Assembly (NCBI GenBank): GCA_902585265.1
Contig: CACICY010000004.1
Location: 198-64,197 of the forward strand
Direction: 5' to 3'
Source of the DNA: an uncultured Pelagibacteraceae bacterium
GTDB lineage: Bacteria; Pseudomonadota; Alphaproteobacteria; Pelagibacterales; Pelagibacteraceae
DNA length: 64,000 bases
The notes beneath the pieces are model-generated. The model was given only the letters and a program-made list of their open reading frames with translations. It made no database searches and was not told the DNA's origin. Below, piece after piece: positions 10,118 through 20,447 of this stretch (position 1 is its first letter; each line of letters begins with the position of its first letter). Both the position numbers and the translations under genes were made by a program.

Positions 10118-10912
10118 TTAGTTTTTTAGAAATTCAATTAATTCTTTGTTAATTTCTGGTTCAACATTATGCCAAATATTAAAAGCTTGTTGGCCCTGAA
10201 ATAAAAACATATTTAAACCATTTTCAATTGAATTACCCTTTACATTTCCTGCTTCTGAAAACTCTGTTTGAAATGGTGCGTATATAACATCATAAAAAAG
10301 CTTGTTTTGACCAGTCTGAGAAAAGTCTATGCCAAATTTATCTGAGTTATTTAAACCTAAAGTAGTGGCATTTATTATCATATCAAACTTTGGTAGATCA
10401 CCCCATTCCAGAATATTAATCTCGTTGAATAAATTTTTTAAATTTTCAGCCTTTTTTTTAGTTCTATTACTCAAAAATATTTTTGATACTTTCATCCTTA
10501 ACAATGAAAAAATTATTGACGGCACAACCCCTCCAGCACCTAATATCAGAACTGTCTTGTCACTAACATCATAATTCAATTTTCTAATACTTAATTCAAA
10601 CCCGTTAATATCAGTGTTATCTCCAATTAAATGACCTTTATTCAACGAGATAGTATTTACAGACTGTGTCCTTAATGCATTGCTACTTAAAATATCTAAG
10701 TGAGGTATTATAGATTTTTTAAAAGGAACAGTAACATTTAAACCATCCAAATCTCCCTTTTTGATAGATTTGCATAGTTCAGACAAATCATTGTCATAGG
10801 TTTCCAATTTCCCATAGATTGCATCTAAACTATTTTTTTTTATCCAATAATTATGCAACTTTGGAGATAAAGAATGTTCAATTGGATTTCCTATTACTAA
10901 AAATTTTTTCAT
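10118..10912 (-). CDS. aroE: Shikimate dehydrogenase
   Basis: GNPIEHSLSP, NVTVPFK, NTD, GAGG, INAT. Confidence 0.95.
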   Translation of the reverse strand: MKKFLVIGNPIEHSLSPKLHNYWIKKNSLDAIYGKLETYDNDLSELCKSIKKGDLDGLNVTVPFKKSIIPHLDILSSNALRTQSVNTISLNKGHLIGDNTDINGFELSIRKLNYDVSDKTVLILGAGGVVPSIIFSLLRMKVSKIFLSNRTKKKAENLKNLFNEINILEWGDLPKFDMIINATTLGLNNSDKFGIDFSQTGQNKLFYDVIYAPFQTEFSEAGNVKGNSIENGLNMFLFQGQQAFNIWHNVEPEINKELIEFLKN

Positions 10913-11493
10913 TTTTGTAGTTCCAAATATTCCTTAATTTTTTTGATAGGCAAGCCCATTATAGTATCTTCATCTCCATCAATATTTGAGAATAAGGCTC
11001 TTCCTTCTCCTTCAATTTGATAAACATTATAAGCATATAGGGCTTCATCACTTATTTTATTTAGATAAGTAGTTAATTCATTTTCAGAAAAATCCTTCAT
11101 GGTCAAGTAAGCTTTGTCAGTATAGTTCCAAACCATAGATCCATTTTTAGATATACAAACTGAACTGATCAAAGAATGTTTTTTTCCATTGAGTTTCTTT
11201 AAAATATTCAAAGCCTCTTCTCTACTTTCTGGTTTTGAAATTAATTCTCCAGTTAAATCGATGACGCTATCTGCTCCTAATACTAGAGCATTATTAATTT
11301 TTTGACTTACCTTGTTTGCTTTTAATTCTGCTAGATTTTTAGAAATAATTTCTGGTGAAGCTCCCTCTTTCAACAAACTTTCTTTGATTGGATCTTCATC
11401 GACATTTGATGCTTTAACTTTGCTATTAATATTATGATTGTCTAATATTTCTTTTCTTACTTTGCTTTTCGAAGCTAAAATGATGTCAGTCAT
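10909..11493 (-). CDS. maf: Maf family nucleoside triphosphate pyrophosphatase
   Basis: IILASKS..R, NVDE, KANKV, GADSV, SKP, IMGLP. Confidence 0.92.
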   Translation of the reverse strand: MTDIILASKSKVRKEILDNHNINSKVKASNVDEDPIKESLLKEGASPEIISKNLAELKANKVSQKINNALVLGADSVIDLTGELISKPESREEALNILKKLNGKKHSLISSVCISKNGSMVWNYTDKAYLTMKDFSENELTTYLNKISDEALYAYNVYQIEGEGRALFSNIDGDEDTIMGLPIKKIKEYLELQK

Positions 11494-12313
11494 TTTTTTT
11501 ATTTTTTATTTCATAAATTTTAATAATAGAGGCAGCTGTTTCTTCAACAGATTTTCTTGTTACATCTATTGTGGGCCAATTATTTTCTTTAAATATTTTT
11601 CTACTATTATTTACCTCATCTCTAATTTTATCAATATTTACATACTCACTATTATGATCTTCCTTTAGAGAATTTAGTCTATTCTTTCTTAAATCGTATA
11701 ATCTCTCTGCCTCGGTAACTAACCCAACTACACACGGTGAAAAATTTTTCTTAGTTGCTTTACTTGGTATAGAGTTTTTATTTACTAAGGGGATATTTGA
11801 CGTTTTAAATCCTCTATTAGCCAAATATATAGATGTTGGGGTTTTGCTAGTTCTGCTAACACCCAAAAGAACAATATCTGACTTTTCTATATCGTCTGTT
11901 TGGTTACCGTCGTCATGATTCATTGTAAATTGGATTGCTTCAATTCTATCATAATATTCTTCATTCAAAATATGTTGGCCGCTTGGTTGGTGTGAAGCTT
12001 TTTGATTTAAAACTTTTGAAAAGTTTAATATTAAATCTCCAAGTACTCCAAAGCAGGGTATTTCTCTTTCGTAAGCCTTCTCTGTAAGATATTTTGCTAA
12101 TTTACTATTTACAATAGTATATAATATTATTGAATTTTTCTCTTTTTTCGCTTGTTTCAAAATACTTAAAGTTTGACTTTCAGTTCTTGTGAAAGAAAAA
12201 TGATTAGTTTCATATTCAAAATTAGGAAACTGTGCTTTAAGTGCTAGAAAAATTCTATCTAATGTTTCACCAGTTGAATCTGAAATAAGATAAATTTGAT
12301 ACAAGTTTTTCAT
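11486..12313 (-). CDS. ppsR: Pyruvate,water/pyruvate,phosphate dikinase regulatory kinase-pyrophosphorylase (DUF299)
   Basis: ISDSTGET, HDDG, GVSRTSKTPTSIYLA, IDVTRKSVEETA. Confidence 0.93.
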   Translation of the reverse strand: MKNLYQIYLISDSTGETLDRIFLALKAQFPNFEYETNHFSFTRTESQTLSILKQAKKEKNSIILYTIVNSKLAKYLTEKAYEREIPCFGVLGDLILNFSKVLNQKASHQPSGQHILNEEYYDRIEAIQFTMNHDDGNQTDDIEKSDIVLLGVSRTSKTPTSIYLANRGFKTSNIPLVNKNSIPSKATKKNFSPCVVGLVTEAERLYDLRKNRLNSLKEDHNSEYVNIDKIRDEVNNSRKIFKENNWPTIDVTRKSVEETAASIIKIYEIKNKKND

Positions 12314-12597
12314 GTATAAGATGTTTATAAACTATTAGTAAAATAAGAAAAATGTAGATTTGGTAATTAGACCTGCGAAAACTTGTTTTTTTTCCATATA
12401 ATTAACCTAGTTATAAATTGTGATTAATTTTATACATAATAGTAATAAAATGAGAAAAATCCAAAATTAACCCTAAAATACCTTACTAATTTAAGATTAT
12501 AGTTGTTAATAAGAAGTTAATAAAGTGTGGTAATTGACTAATTTACGTTATTCACATTACATAATACTAATAAAGTAAATAATATAAATCTATTTAT
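12314..12597. other. Probable chromosomal replication origin oriC
   Basis: Largest non-coding gap in the window, very AT-rich, between divergent DUF299 and hemE as in Caulobacter/Rhizobiales origins. Consensus DnaA box TTATTCACA at 12548-12556; one-mismatch boxes at 12322-12330, 12419-12427, 12504-12512. parS-parAB lie ~10 kb away. Confidence 0.75.
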
Positions 12598-13599
12598 ATG
12601 AGTCCCTTAACTAATTGTATTAAAAATAAAGATACGAAGACTAATCCTATATGGTTGATGAGACAGGCAGGAAGATATTTACCTGAATTTAGAGAGATTA
12701 GAAAAGAAAATCAAGATTTTATAAAACTCTGCTTAAATAGCGATCTAGCTTCTGAAATAACACTTCAACCAATAAAAAGATTTGGATTTGATGGTGCAGT
12801 AATATTTTCAGATATTTTAATGTTACCATATGGGTTGGGGCAAAAAGTAGAATTTGAAAAGAATTTTGGGCCTAAATTGGGAGATATAAATTTAGAAAAA
12901 ATAAAAAATGTAGATGAAATAATTTTTACAGAAAAAATTTATAAAATTTATAAAGCAATCTCAAAAACATCAAAAGATCCTTTAATGATTAATAAAGATA
13001 TGATTGGATTTGTCGGAGCTCCTTGGACAATACTAGTTTATATGATTAATAAATCATCTCCCAAAAAAGGTTTATCGAGCGAATTTTTTAAAGATGATTT
13101 TTTAATTAATAGATTACTAGGAATAATAGAGAAATTTTTAAAACTTCATATAAAAAATCAAATTGAGGCTGGAGCTCAAGTTATTCAAATTTTTGATAGT
13201 TGGGCTGGATTATTAAAAGATAAAATTCCAGAATATATTTATATACCTACCCTTAATATTGTCGATTATGTAAAGACATTAGGAGTGCCAGTTATTTGTT
13301 TTCCTAGAGGTATAAAAGATTATAAAAATTTTTGTGAAATTGTTAAACCTGACGCTGTAAATATAGATTATGATATTGACCCAAAGAAAATAGTCAATGA
13401 GATTAACATACCAGTACAGGGTGGCCTCGATCCAAAAATATTATTAACCGATCAAAAAACTCTTAAAATAGAAGTTGAGAAATACCTAAATGTTTTTAAA
13501 GACCACCCATATATTTTTAATTTAGGTCACGGAATACTTCCAGAGACTAAAATTGAAATGGTTGAAGAATTAATAAAGATTGTAAGAAATTTTAAATGA
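12598..13599 (+). CDS. hemE: Uroporphyrinogen decarboxylase
   Basis: PIWLMRQAGRYLPE, FSDIL, GAPWT, QIFDSW, FNLGHG. Confidence 0.97.
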   Translation: MSPLTNCIKNKDTKTNPIWLMRQAGRYLPEFREIRKENQDFIKLCLNSDLASEITLQPIKRFGFDGAVIFSDILMLPYGLGQKVEFEKNFGPKLGDINLEKIKNVDEIIFTEKIYKIYKAISKTSKDPLMINKDMIGFVGAPWTILVYMINKSSPKKGLSSEFFKDDFLINRLLGIIEKFLKLHIKNQIEAGAQVIQIFDSWAGLLKDKIPEYIYIPTLNIVDYVKTLGVPVICFPRGIKDYKNFCEIVKPDAVNIDYDIDPKKIVNEINIPVQGGLDPKILLTDQKTLKIEVEKYLNVFKDHPYIFNLGHGILPETKIEMVEELIKIVRNFK

Positions 13600-14588
13600 C
13601 ACCAGATCATCCAAAAATTAATTATGGTAAAACAGGGATACTAATTGTAAATTTAGGGACGCCAGACTCAACAAGTTGGCTGGATATAAGAAAATATTTA
13701 AAGGAATTTCTATCTGATAAAAGAGTAATCGAAGTAAATCCTCTGATTTGGCAAGTAATACTTAACCTATTTATACTTACCTTTAGACCTTCCAAAACTG
13801 CTAAAGCATATAAAGAAATATGGATGAATGATAAAAATATGTCTCCACTTAGATACTATACAGAAAGCCAAGCAAAAAAACTGTCAGAAAAGATTGGAAA
13901 AGAGGAGATAATTATTGATTTTGCAATGAGATATGGAAATCCAAGTATTAATAGTAAAATTCATCAACTTCAGAAACAGGGCTGCGAAAAATTAATTATA
14001 TTACCTCTTTACCCTCAATACGCTGCAGCAACAACAGCAACAGTGTGCGATGAAGTTTATAGGACTTTAATGAAAATGAGGTGGCAACCCAATCTTAAAA
14101 TAATTCCACATTACGAGTCAGAGCCCCTTTATATCGAAGCAATTAAAAATAGTATTGAAAAAAAAATAAATGAAATAAGTTGGAAACCAGATTTAATTGT
14201 AGCATCTTACCATGGCATACCAAAAAAGTATTTTGAAAAAGGTGATCCTTATCACTGTTATTGTCACAAAACTACCAGACTTATTTCTGAAAAATATTCA
14301 GATATAAAAATAATTACAACTTTTCAATCAAGATTTGGCCCTCAAGAATGGTTACAACCATATACGGATAAAACTTTTGAAAATCTCCCAAAAGAAGGCA
14401 AGAAAAATATTTTAGTTATCTGTCCAGGATTTTCATCTGACTGTGTGGAAACTTTAGAAGAAATATCTATTCAAGGAAAAGAAAGTTTTATTAAATCAGG
14501 TGGTGAAAATTTTGAGATGGTACCATGTTTAAATGATAGTGATGATCACATTATGTTATTTAAACATCTCGTTATGAAAAATATTTAA
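13596..14588 (+). CDS. hemH: Ferrochelatase
   Basis: NLGTP, AMRYGNP, PLYPQY, SYHGIP, FQSRFG..WLQP, DCVETLEE. Confidence 0.97.
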   Translation: MTPDHPKINYGKTGILIVNLGTPDSTSWLDIRKYLKEFLSDKRVIEVNPLIWQVILNLFILTFRPSKTAKAYKEIWMNDKNMSPLRYYTESQAKKLSEKIGKEEIIIDFAMRYGNPSINSKIHQLQKQGCEKLIILPLYPQYAAATTATVCDEVYRTLMKMRWQPNLKIIPHYESEPLYIEAIKNSIEKKINEISWKPDLIVASYHGIPKKYFEKGDPYHCYCHKTTRLISEKYSDIKIITTFQSRFGPQEWLQPYTDKTFENLPKEGKKNILVICPGFSSDCVETLEEISIQGKESFIKSGGENFEMVPCLNDSDDHIMLFKHLVMKNI

Positions 14589-14590
14589 TT

Positions 14591-15025
14591 ATGAGTGGAT
14601 ATCTTTTATTTAAATCGCTCCATCTAATTGCAGTTATTTCTTGGATGGTGGGACTTTTATATTTACCAAGAATATTTGTCTATCATGTTGAAAATTCTGA
14701 AAAAGATCAAGTAACTCAAATTTTTGAGACAATGGAAAGAAAACTATATAATTATATAATGCGACCGGCCATGCTTCTATCATGGTTTTTTGGTATTATA
14801 TTGATTTGGATAAATGGAATTGAAAGTTTTGCATTTTTATGGCTACAACTTAAAATTCTATTAGTAGTTTTATTAACAATCTATCATGAATATCTTGGAC
14901 GATGCATGAGGTTACTAAAATCAAAAGAAAACACAAAATCATCTAAATTTTTCAGAATAATCAATGAAATACCCACATTATTGCTAATTTTTGTTGTTTT
15001 TGTTGTAGTTTTTAAACCTATCTAG
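14591..15025 (+). CDS. hemJ: Protoporphyrinogen oxidase HemJ
   Basis: [32 protein letters not shown]. Confidence 0.93.
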   Translation: MSGYLLFKSLHLIAVISWMVGLLYLPRIFVYHVENSEKDQVTQIFETMERKLYNYIMRPAMLLSWFFGIILIWINGIESFAFLWLQLKILLVVLLTIYHEYLGRCMRLLKSKENTKSSKFFRIINEIPTLLLIFVVFVVVFKPI

Positions 15026-15083
15026 GGTTGAAATTTTTGAACTAGTATATATATTTAAATCATCTCAAACAAAACCCCCACAA

Positions 15084-16355
15084 ATGAATATTCAAGAATT
15101 AAAAGAAAAAAGCTCTGAAAAGTTAATCACTGAAGCAGAAAAATTAGGTATTGAAAACGCAAGCACACTAAGAAGGCAAGAAATTTATTTTGCAATTTTA
15201 AAAAAACTTGCTGAAAAAGGTGAAGAGATTACAGGTGGTGGTGTATTACAGTTACTTCAAGATGGTTTCGGTTTTCTTAGAGCAATGGAGTCAAATTATT
15301 TGCCAGGAGCAGATGATATATATGTAAGTCCAAGCCAAATCAGAAGATTTGGATTAAGAACTGGAGACTCAGTTGAAGGTCCAATTAGATCTCCTAAGGA
15401 AGGTGAAAGATACTTTGCACTTCTCCAGGTGAGTAAAATAAATTTTGAAGAACCAGATAAGTTTAAACATAAGATAGCTTTTGACAACCTAACTCCTTTA
15501 TATCCTAATAAACAATTAGGAATGGAAGTTGAAAGTAATAAAGTTGAGAAGAAGCCTGACTTAACTCCAAGATTAATTGATTTAGTTAGTCCGATAGGAA
15601 AAGGACAAAGATCTCTAATTATTTCACCTCCAAAAGCTGGGAAAACAATGATTTTACAAAGTATTGCAAATTCTATTACAGCAAATCATCCAGAGTGTTA
15701 TTTAATGGTATTACTTATAGATGAGAGGCCTGAGGAGGTAACAGACATGCAAAGAACTGTAAAAGGAGAAGTAATAAGTTCGACATTTGATGAACCAGCT
15801 CAACGTCATGTAGCTGTTGCTGAAATGGTAATTGAAAAAGCTAAGAGATTAACAGAACACAAAAAGGATGTTGTAATTTTACTAGACTCAATAACAAGAC
15901 TTGGAAGAGCATATAATGCAGTAGTTCCAAGTTCTGGTAAAGTATTAACAGGAGGAGTTGATGCGAACGCTCTTCAAAGACCAAAAAGGTTTTTTGGAGC
16001 AGCTAGGAATATTGAAGAAGGAGGATCTCTAACAATTATAGCTACCGCTTTAATTGATACTGGCAGTAGAATGGATGAGGTAATTTTTGAAGAATTTAAA
16101 GGAACTGGAAATAGTGAAACTATTTTAGATAGAAAAATTTCAGAGAAAAGAATATTCCCAGCCATTGATATAACTAAATCTGGTACGAGAAGAGAAGAAC
16201 TTATTTTTGATAAAAATGATCTTCAAAAAATGAATGTTTTAAGAAGAATTATAGCTCCAATGGGTTCCATGGATGCAATTGATTTTATAAATTCAAAATT
16301 GAAAACAACAAAAAATAACGCTGAGTTTTTTAACTCAATGAACAAACCTTCCTAA
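15084..16355 (+). CDS. rho: Transcription termination factor Rho
   Basis: [47 protein letters not shown]. Confidence 0.99.
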   Translation: MNIQELKEKSSEKLITEAEKLGIENASTLRRQEIYFAILKKLAEKGEEITGGGVLQLLQDGFGFLRAMESNYLPGADDIYVSPSQIRRFGLRTGDSVEGPIRSPKEGERYFALLQVSKINFEEPDKFKHKIAFDNLTPLYPNKQLGMEVESNKVEKKPDLTPRLIDLVSPIGKGQRSLIISPPKAGKTMILQSIANSITANHPECYLMVLLIDERPEEVTDMQRTVKGEVISSTFDEPAQRHVAVAEMVIEKAKRLTEHKKDVVILLDSITRLGRAYNAVVPSSGKVLTGGVDANALQRPKRFFGAARNIEEGGSLTIIATALIDTGSRMDEVIFEEFKGTGNSETILDRKISEKRIFPAIDITKSGTRREELIFDKNDLQKMNVLRRIIAPMGSMDAIDFINSKLKTTKNNAEFFNSMNKPS

Positions 16356-16446
16356 GTTTTTACCATATTTAAAAGCTTTTAAATTCCTCTTTAACATCTA
16401 TTCTTAATCTTAAAATAAATATAAGTTATCATATTAAATCTTAAAT

Positions 16447-18144
16447 ATGGTTGATCAAAATTTTCAAAGAACACTCTTGGATTTATTTTCAAGAAAAAAG
16501 TACAAAGATATTATTCTTAAAGTAGAGGAATATTCAAAAAGAGATAATCGTCCTGGTGGTTTGTCATCTTTGGTTGGAGTTTGTAAAATGCTTAATCCAA
16601 ATTATACAGAAGAAGATGTTATATCTGCACTATCTGACTTTGAAGATGCTTACAAAAAATTAAAAAAAAACTTAGCAGGCATTGAAGCACTAGGCAATTA
16701 TATCACCGCATGTATTAAAAATTCTCAAAAATATCTTAATGTCATTGATTTTTTAGAAAATGCAAAATTAATGTTTGATGAGGCTGAAAAAAATTTCCCC
16801 TACAATGAGAAATTATACCTAAGTGGTATTGATTTACATAAGTACTTGTTAAATCCCAAAAAAGTTCTTCAATTGTCAAAAAAAGTTTTAGAAAACAATT
16901 CTAAATTAAAAATAAATGCTTGTACTTATGGTATGATGAATAATTATATCTATGACTGGGGGATTAAAGATTATTATAATTATTCCAAAGAGTTCAAAAC
17001 TTATTTCCCCAAACTTAAAGTAAATGACATAAATGATATCAACTACAAAGAAAATAATAAAATAAAAATAGGGTTTGTATCTCCTGATTTTGTGGTCAAT
17101 CACTCAGTTACATATTTTGTTAAGAATACAATAAAAAATTTAGATAAAAATATTTTTGAAGTATCCGTATATCAAATTGGTGAGTCTTCACTTCTTAAAT
17201 CATCGTCTAAAGAGCTAAAAGATAATGCAGATTTCTGGTATGATTTATCAAAAACTTCAAATCAGGAAATTGTCGACAAAATACAAGCTGACAAAATTGA
17301 AATATTATTTGATGTAATGGGATTAACTGGAGCCAAAAATATTGAAATATTTAACAATAGAGTTTGCCCCATACAGATATCATGGTTAGCTTTTTGTAAT
17401 ACTGTTGGTTTCAATGATATTGATTACTTAATAGCAGACAAAAACTTAATCTATGATGAGGAAGAAAAATATTATTCAGAAAAAATTATTAAACTCCCAC
17501 ATGTTTGGAACTGTCATTCAGGTTTTCCATTTAAGAGAGAAAAGTTAGATCTACCATTTAAAAAAAATAAATTTATTACTTTTGGTTCATTTAATAATTT
17601 TCTTAAAATATCTGATGAAGTAATTAGAACTTGGAGTAAAATTTTAAAAGAAGTTAAAAATTCTAAATTGATCTTAAAATCTTCTTTTAGTTATCAAACA
17701 AAAAATATTATTTCAAAATTTAAAAATTATGGTGTTGATAAACAATTAGAATTCTTTGATCGTCAAAATTATTCAGAAGTCGAGGATCATTTAAAATTAT
17801 ATAATAATGTTGATATTGGTTTAGATACTTTTCCTTATAATGGAGTTACTACAACCTTTGAGGCTCTATGGGCTGGTGTTCCAGTCCTGGTAATGAAAGG
17901 TTATAATTTCAACTCTAGGTGCGGAGAAAGTATAGTAAAAAACGGTAATTTAGAATACTTTTTGGCAGAAAATGAAGACCAATATATCCAAAAAGCAACT
18001 CACTTAGCCAATAACATAGATGAATTAACTTCTATAAGGGAAAAAATATTTAGCAATATTCTTAGTACACCTCTTTACGACTCGCAGAAGTTTGCTGAGG
18101 GTTTAAAAAATGAACTTTTAAAAGTTTATAAGAGAAATTTATAA
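16447..18144 (+). CDS. SPINDLY/O-GlcNAc transferase-like glycosyltransferase family 41 protein with degenerate helical (TPR-like) N-terminus
   Basis: KIKIGFVSPDF..HSV, ILFDVMG, PIQISWLAF.NTVG, TFGSFNN..KI, DIGLDTFPYNGVTTTFEALWAGVPV. Confidence 0.85.
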   Translation: MVDQNFQRTLLDLFSRKKYKDIILKVEEYSKRDNRPGGLSSLVGVCKMLNPNYTEEDVISALSDFEDAYKKLKKNLAGIEALGNYITACIKNSQKYLNVIDFLENAKLMFDEAEKNFPYNEKLYLSGIDLHKYLLNPKKVLQLSKKVLENNSKLKINACTYGMMNNYIYDWGIKDYYNYSKEFKTYFPKLKVNDINDINYKENNKIKIGFVSPDFVVNHSVTYFVKNTIKNLDKNIFEVSVYQIGESSLLKSSSKELKDNADFWYDLSKTSNQEIVDKIQADKIEILFDVMGLTGAKNIEIFNNRVCPIQISWLAFCNTVGFNDIDYLIADKNLIYDEEEKYYSEKIIKLPHVWNCHSGFPFKREKLDLPFKKNKFITFGSFNNFLKISDEVIRTWSKILKEVKNSKLILKSSFSYQTKNIISKFKNYGVDKQLEFFDRQNYSEVEDHLKLYNNVDIGLDTFPYNGVTTTFEALWAGVPVLVMKGYNFNSRCGESIVKNGNLEYFLAENEDQYIQKATHLANNIDELTSIREKIFSNILSTPLYDSQKFAEGLKNELLKVYKRNL

Positions 18145-18993
18145 ATACCCCAATTCTTTCATTTCTTTTTTAAATTCTGTCTCTATCATTGTTTTGATTT
18201 TTGGATCTAATAAATTTTCCCATTTATTTTCAGGACCTAAATTAAAAAATTTTTTAAGTTTTCCTGTTGATTTATCCTTAACCGTTTCATTAAATCCTTT
18301 ACTGTTCTCCAATTTTTTAAGATTTTCAAAATTATTTTCTTTTATCGCAGTAAAAATTTTTTCATCATCAAATTTAATGTTTATTTTATCAGTCAAGTAA
18401 TTACATATCTTATAAAATTCTTTATTTGGTTCGAACAATAAGTTTTCATATTTTATCAATAAATAATTCCCTTTAAAATTTTTCCAAGAATTATAATTAT
18501 TTTTCCATGATGAAATTATTGTAAACATATCTCTGTTTACAGTTGGACTTTTTTTATCAAATTTCTTACCTAAAGCTTTATTTTCATCTAACATAAATTC
18601 AAGAGCTTTGTTGTAATTCTCTTTCGAATAGTGATAAAGTAATGATGAGATTATATTTCTTGGATCACGAACGATGTGTATAACACCTAAAGTGTTTTCT
18701 AAATTAGTAAAGTTATTTCCTTGGTAATTACAAAGAGCATGATGTGTTTTAAAAAATTTAATTTTTTTATCATTATTGATTAAACTTTGAGATTTAACCC
18801 AGTTAGATGAAATTTCTTTAATATCATCAATATTATTTACAAGATTTTTAAAATGCGATCTTAAAGGATACTGGGGTATATTTGAAATTCCATCTAAATC
18901 AGCTTTGTTATTTCTATTAAATAATAATGAAGCTAAAAAAGATCTAATCCATGTATTTCCACTCTTGGGATAAGATGCAAGCCATATTATCAT
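18139..18993 (-). CDS. PAPS-dependent sulfotransferase (Sulfotransfer_1 family)
   Basis: 5'-PSB motif LASYPKSGNTW, KTH, 3'-PB motif IVRDPRNIISS, IKYENL. Confidence 0.9.
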   Translation of the reverse strand: MIIWLASYPKSGNTWIRSFLASLLFNRNNKADLDGISNIPQYPLRSHFKNLVNNIDDIKEISSNWVKSQSLINNDKKIKFFKTHHALCNYQGNNFTNLENTLGVIHIVRDPRNIISSLLYHYSKENYNKALEFMLDENKALGKKFDKKSPTVNRDMFTIISSWKNNYNSWKNFKGNYLLIKYENLLFEPNKEFYKICNYLTDKINIKFDDEKIFTAIKENNFENLKKLENSKGFNETVKDKSTGKLKKFFNLGPENKWENLLDPKIKTMIETEFKKEMKELGYL

Positions 18994-19039
18994 TTAGAAA
19001 ATTATATTATTATGATTAATATAAAACTATAATAATTAT

Positions 19040-20371
19040 ATGACTATATATGCACTATCATCAGGACCAGGAGTCTCTGGAATAGCTGTAATTAGAATAT
19101 CTGGGTCTGAGGCTTCAAATGTAGTCAAACTTATTACAGGTGAAGATCCCCCTGAACCACGAGTATCAAATTTAAAAAAGTTCAATAAAATCAGCACTTC
19201 TGAACTAATAGATGAAGGTTTATTACTATGGTTTCCTGGCCCTGAGAGCTACACAGGTGAAGATATGGCAGAAATGCATGTTCATGGAAGTATAGCAGTT
19301 GTTAGATCAATGTTACATCAACTTTCAAAAGTTAAAAATTGTCGATTAGCCGAACCTGGAGAATTTACAAAACTTGCATTTCAAAATGGTAAAATAAATC
19401 TTCTTAAAGCAGAAAGTATTTCAGACTTAATTTCTGCTGAAACAGAAATTCAAAGACAACAGGCTATAAAAATAATGAGTGGAAAAAGCTCAGATGAGTT
19501 TAATTCCCTTCGAGAAAAACTTTTAAAAATTTTATCAAATGTTGAGGCTAAAATTGATTTTCCCGAAGATGATCTTCCAGAAGATATGATTAAAAATATT
19601 AAAATAGATTCCAAAAAAATAAGAAATCAAATTGAAAAAATTTTGGACGATCAAAAAGTTGGAGAAAGAATTAGAGAAGGTTTTAAGATTGCAATCATCG
19701 GACCTACGAATGCTGGAAAATCTTCCTTGCTTAATTATCTTTCAAATCGTGATGTAGCAATCGTTTCAGAAATTGCTGGAACAACAAGAGATGTTATCGA
19801 AGCCCACTTAAATTTGGATGGTTACCCTGTTGTGGTCTCAGATACTGCTGGGATAAGGGAGTCCCAAGACGAGATAGAAAAAAAAGGAATTAAACTGGCT
19901 CTTAAAAGAGCCGAGGATGCTGATTTAAACATAATAGTAATTGAACCAAAAAGTGTTGATTTTGCTGGATTTTTGAATGATTTAGTGAGTGAAAAATCAA
20001 TAATTGTTATTAATAAAATAGATCTTGGTTTTAAAAATATAAGTCAACAAATTTTAAAATTTAATCCAATTTTTTTATCAATTAAGAATGAAACAAACTT
20101 AGATGAGTTAATAAATAGAATTAAAGATAAACTAAAAAATAAATTTATAAGTTCAAACGAAACTTTAATTACAAGAGAAAGACATAGACAAAGTTTAGAA
20201 GCCTGTGTTCAAAATTTGAAAAATTTTGAGGAAAAAAATTCACAAGAAGATTTTGATAAAGCTGCAGAGGATTTAAGGTTAGCAACTAGACACTTAGGGA
20301 TGATTGTAGGAAAAGTAGATGTTGAAGAAATATTAGGTTCTATTTTTAGCGATTTCTGTATAGGTAAATAA
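19040..20371 (+). CDS. mnmE: tRNA modification GTPase MnmE (TrmE)
   Basis: TIYALSS, SYTGED, GPTNAGKSS, GTTRD, DTAG, C-terminal FCIGK. Confidence 0.98.
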   Translation: MTIYALSSGPGVSGIAVIRISGSEASNVVKLITGEDPPEPRVSNLKKFNKISTSELIDEGLLLWFPGPESYTGEDMAEMHVHGSIAVVRSMLHQLSKVKNCRLAEPGEFTKLAFQNGKINLLKAESISDLISAETEIQRQQAIKIMSGKSSDEFNSLREKLLKILSNVEAKIDFPEDDLPEDMIKNIKIDSKKIRNQIEKILDDQKVGERIREGFKIAIIGPTNAGKSSLLNYLSNRDVAIVSEIAGTTRDVIEAHLNLDGYPVVVSDTAGIRESQDEIEKKGIKLALKRAEDADLNIIVIEPKSVDFAGFLNDLVSEKSIIVINKIDLGFKNISQQILKFNPIFLSIKNETNLDELINRIKDKLKNKFISSNETLITRERHRQSLEACVQNLKNFEEKNSQEDFDKAAEDLRLATRHLGMIVGKVDVEEILGSIFSDFCIGK

Positions 20372-20447
20372 GCATTGAATTTTCTTACTTTTTAAACATT
20401 TATAAGTGTTTTCTTGTAAATTTTAAGATCAATAATAAATTACAGCT

